A stretch of 64,000 bases of DNA from Fistulifera solaris. Its lineage: Eukaryota. The stretch's first letter is position 1, and each line of letters begins with the position of its first letter. The DNA is taken from contig AP026126.1 of the NCBI GenBank assembly GCA_030295235.1, forward strand, positions 1,116,001 through 1,180,000, written 5' to 3'. Of this stretch, positions 59,881-64,000 are shown one piece after another. The position numbers and the translations under genes were made by a program. Under the pieces are notes generated by a model. It made no database searches. It saw nothing but the letters and a program-made list of their open reading frames with translations, and was not told the origin of the DNA.

Positions 59881-61917
59881 ATGGTTATTCAAGGGATCAT
59901 TCGACCTCCTCCTGAGATACGTGCGGTCGCCGATCGAACGGCCCTTTACGTGTCCAAGAATGGGAGAGCTTTCGAGAAAAAGATCTTGGCGAGTGAAAAG
60001 GAAAGCAACCCAAATTTGCTTTTTTGCATGAGACTTCTCCCTTTCATGCGTATTACGAAAATCGCGTGCAATTTTATGAAAATGGAGGAGAAGATGAGAC
60101 AGAAGGGAAAGAATTCGAAAAGAAAGTCGAAGACAAGGCTAGCGAACAGCCCGTTGAAAAGAAAATGAGACATTGACGAAAGAGAAAAGAGCGCATCGAG
60201 TAACAAGTGTTGCCGATCCCGTGGCGAAGGCTCTTCTTGCCCAACGTGCAAAAATTGCCCAGTTCCGAAAGGCGACAATCGATACTTCGAATGCTACCAC
60301 CGGAGAGAACGATGAGACTCAGGAAAAACAGCAAGCAGCAACCATCCCTCCACCTCCTCCTCTGCATTTTGTAAACGTCGTAGCACCGGCGTCCTTATCT
60401 TTAGCACAGATCGAAACGATTCAGCTCGTCGCGCAATTCACTGCTCTCGATGGACGAGGTGGCTCCTTTCTATCCCAGCTAGCGCTGCGCGAGTGGACAA
60501 ATCCAGAATTCGGTTTCTGTCAGACTCGACACCCTCATTTCGCCTACTTTTCTGCCTTGGTGGACTCGTATAGAAGGGTGCTGGAAAGTTGGACAGACAG
60601 GAGTTCGACTTCTGCTGACGGAGTCAAAGAACTAGCTAACAACGCTGCCAAATGTTTAGAAGTCGCGGCGTATCGCGCTGAGTACGAGCGGGATCAGGAA
60701 GAACAAAGAAGCAAGCAAGATGATGGGGGTGCGTTGGTTGATCAGGTGGATTGGCATAACTTTGTGGTGGTAGAAACGATCGATTTTCCGTCGGACGAAG
60801 TTGTGGAAATATCAATGCTACCACCCCCGCCATCGCAATTCATAAATCCGTTAGGGACGGCTAATAAACAAAACCAAATGGATGAATCCGATGAAGACGA
60901 CGATCGTGGAGATGAACAGATTCGTGTTGTCTCTTCATATCAACCAAAGGTGGTCGCTACGCATCAACAAAATAAGCTCGAGACCGTCATTGATCCGATT
61001 ACTGGGAAGCGAGTTGCGGTGCAAGATATGCCTGAGCATGTGCGAATTCAGTTGTTGGATCCCAAGTGGGCCGAAGAACGGAAAAAGTTTCAAGAAAAAC
61101 AGAAAGATAGCAACCTTGTCAGCAGTGACATGATGGCTAGTAACCTAGAAAGACTTTCACAAGCCCGAGGCGATGCATTCGGCAATAAGGTAAGCTCCCT
61201 GTCTCAACATGACTGATTACTCTGTGATTTTACTAACAATGAACTTGACGTCATTCAGGAATATACTCTACTAAACAATAAAGACAGAACAAATGCCGAA
61301 GAATCGCGAGCCTTTACTGGTGATAAATCTAATTCAAACGAAGTAGGACCGACACTCCCGTCTGCACCGCTGCCCGACCTGTCATCAAGGAAAAGACAAG
61401 GCATGTCGCTGCCTGTACCAGCTCCTCCAATTAATGATACCATGCAACCTGATTTGAAGCGTCAACGCGTCGACCAAGAAGCGCCATCGGTGCCCATTCC
61501 ACCTCCGCCTCCACCGCCGATTAGACCCGAGGAAGCCTTTGCTGCTGCCGCTGTTCCTGTTACATTGGCAAATAGTACACCTGCCGACGGACTTTTGTCG
61601 GAAGCCGAGTTTGCCGCGTCGTTGGATAAGCCTACTGTGACTTTGCAAATTCGCATACCCAACGATCCCTCTCAAATGGCATGGAATTTTTACGGTCAAA
61701 TCGTTTCAATCTCCGTGGATGTCATGTCAACGGTGAAAGACTTGAAAGATGACATTGCGCGCGCCCATTTGAACTCCATGCCCTCAAATAAGATTCAACT
61801 GAAGCATGTTGGTACAGGAAATTTTTGAGCAATCCGAAGACATTAGCCAGTTTAAATATTGGTCCGACGGCGACACTCGAGCTGGCAACACGAACGAGGG
61901 GAGGCCGTAAAGTATAA
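59881..61917 (+). CDS. SF3A1: Splicing factor 3A subunit 1 (Prp21/SAP114); frameshifts ~60000, ~60165 and ~61825, intron 61190-61258
   Basis: SURP domains (IIRPPPEIRAVADRTALYVSKNG; IQLVAQFTA...FGF...HPHFAYF), VDWHNFVVVETIDF, EHVRIQLLDPKW and a C-terminal ubiquitin-like domain ending RGGRKV. Confidence 0.95.
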
Positions 61918-63458
61918 GCTGTCACTATCATGATAAGAATTGGGTGGGAAGGACTAGATGTGAGATGACGAGAATCGATAGTGATATTTGCTAAAGCATG
62001 AACGACGAATAATGAACAACATCAGACAACAATATTAACAGGAACAAAAGTTTTCTACATCGAGCCGTAGTAGACAAACCATTTTGATCGTCAAACTCTC
62101 GTAGCGAGCTGGGTGTGTTTGTCATCACTTGTTCATGAACATTAGTCACCAGAGAATTAGGGGTCAGTTAAAAGAGACTCACCATTGGTAATGAGGTTCC
62201 ATAGTCGTCTTGTTATTTCAGCTTCCATCTGATAAGATGAACGAGTATCGTTAGAGTATGTCACGTCAACAACAACAAATATTCTTTCTTTTTCGTGTTC
62301 GATCAAGCATGAAGCTTTACTTGAATGTTTCTCGTTCACATGCAGTCAGCCTGGGGCGGCATCCATCCAAGGAGGTTCATCATTTCGACAGTCGAGGAGC
62401 ATTTCGTTGCCTCGTATAACTCACCTAATGAACGCGGAAGTGAAATAATGTAAAGGAAGGAGTGTCTGGTGAAGAAAAAGAGTGTGACTGTGAGTCAATC
62501 GGTAAAAATGAATTCGTATGTGCTTTGTGGGTGTTGTTTTTGTCGAGCGAGTCAGTGTAACTATGACATAAAAAACAATCACTGCGTCGATGCGCTTCTG
62601 AAAAAGCGTAAAGCATGTCGTCATTCTCACTCTAGGCAACCACTATACATCGATCCGTTCTGATGAGACTGATTCATCAATCACGTTTTGAAAACGTATC
62701 ATGAAGGGGAATCCGAAAATCTCTACTTCGTCCTTTCGATGATTACTGTGTAAACCTCCATATCAATTGTTACGAGTAATCTGGCGCGTACCTGGAAAAA
62801 TTACGGGCGAAACTAATTATCAGACTGTCGTGATTAAAAATGACGAAAGATTTTATTGGTTTTGCATAGAATCAGAAGTTTATTTGATATTAAAGACGCT
62901 CAGAAAACGTCACGAATGTTGATGTTTTCCTCATTTCACGTAACAACAGTAATTTGTCATATTCTGCTTACCTGTTTCTCAACTAACAGCATAGTGAGAA
63001 TTAATCGACCATCAGTAGCCGCGCGTAAGCTGACTCTTGAGTGATCAAAAGAGCAGCTTCATGATGCTTTGTGAAGAAGGATCTTGATCATGGTCGAAAC
63101 GAATGCTGCGAAAAAATAATTTATTGAATGGTGGTGGAAGTCTGCCTATTTGGATCTATCGTCTAACCGTACATCCGTCGGAATGGAAACAGCTGAGTCA
63201 TGACTGAAATGCAGTCGTGGAATAGAACTGACGACACTTTGGGGGTATAGTTCATGTTGAAGACACAATTACTGGATGTAATGATTCCGGATTCCCTTCA
63301 TGTTGAAGTTCCTTATTCCAGCACAAACGTTTTCGAGATCGCTTTTGCGCCATGCAGAAAAGACGTGAAAAACAAAAAAGGCTGCCAACCTCGTCAGTTG
63401 CTTCTCTTCTATTCGTTAAAGCTGCAATCTTCGTTCATTTCACTTCAATATTGAACAG

Positions 63459-64000
63459 ATGAAACTATCAAGAGCTAATCTTTTGACTTGCGCCTTGCTG
63501 GCGAGCTCCAGTCTAGTGAGTGCGTTCACAACGCCTTCTTTGGTGGCTCGACCAACCGGTGTCGTATGCCGATCCATGACAGCAACGGCTGAAGCGACAC
63601 CTGCTGCGGAAGAAGCTTCTTCTTCCGAAGATGCCGACATTCAAATCCCTACCAACCTACCTTCTGCTTGTGGAATGGACTACGTTCCGCTAGCAACCAT
63701 GTTGGCGACCGGTGATTTGGTGGCTGCCGATCAGGTAAGATTACTTTTTTTTTCTTTCGGCGACACGACGTTCTACTCTGTGTCTTGTTCCCGGGATCCT
63801 CTACTTTATCAATCATAGGATCGATACAGTTGATAGAAATTAAGATGACTCTGCGTCTTCCAGATTCTCAACATTTCTTCTCTTGTTTCACAGTTCACTC
63901 GCGATGCTTTGATCGAAATTTCGGGCGCCAAAGCGAAAGGCCGCAATTTTGTTTACTTTACGGACGTCAAAAATATCCCCAGTATAGATCTAGCTACCAT
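63459..64000 (+). CDS. GUN4: Plastid-targeted GUN4 tetrapyrrole-binding protein (5' part, truncated by the window edge); intron 63734-63893
   Basis: VSA-F bipartite presequence and SACGMDYVPLATMLATGDLVAADQ|FTRDALIEISG....RNFVYFTDVKNIP..DLAT. Confidence 0.88.

Noticed and set aside
19793..61917. Programmed ribosomal frameshifting or mass pseudogenisation
   Set aside because: The shifts go in both directions, sit mostly in homopolymers and affect essential genes with no other decay. Sequencing error is far more parsimonious.
61920..63450. Short ORFs between SF3A1 and GUN4
   Set aside because: All are under 75 aa with no recognisable motifs. I treated the region as intergenic apart from the repeat copy at 63194.

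Overview
Gene-dense eukaryotic nuclear DNA, most likely from a diatom. This is inferred from short GT-AG introns (mostly 60-100 nt), bipartite 'S/A-F' plastid-targeting presequences, a KRE6/TGS-type GH16 enzyme, nuclear GUN4 and a DUF6824-like domain. There are about 33 protein-coding genes. Recognisable ones are VDAC, a KRE6/TGS-like transglycosylase, glutaminyl cyclase, an HMG-box protein, ATG101, TRM6, CCZ1-like, RPL18, NMD3, an F-box/ankyrin protein, a SpoU methyltransferase, ataxin-10, GPN1, GRP94, a two-RRM protein, TcdA, a papain protease, SF3A1 and GUN4. Many otherwise intact genes carry single-base frameshifts, mostly in homopolymer runs, which look like long-read assembly errors. The most notable observations are: (1) a five-exon secreted tandem ShKT-like peptide gene with 21-nt and 11-nt microexons that the ORF track does not reveal; (2) an inverted, decayed partial copy of GRP94; (3) two upstream arrays sharing a palindromic CCAGA-WWW-TCTGG core, one of them CRISPR-like in appearance; (4) a dispersed hairpin-headed repeat family (TGACTGAAATNCAGTC); (5) GTAC/TACCWGGTA clusters upstream of genes; and (6) unusual domain architectures (PhyH + DUF6824 + Tudor, a membrane-anchored degenerate Hsp70, a type II membrane papain). 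I found no rRNA, tRNA, transposase or cas genes. All family assignments come from motif recognition by eye, not from database searches.
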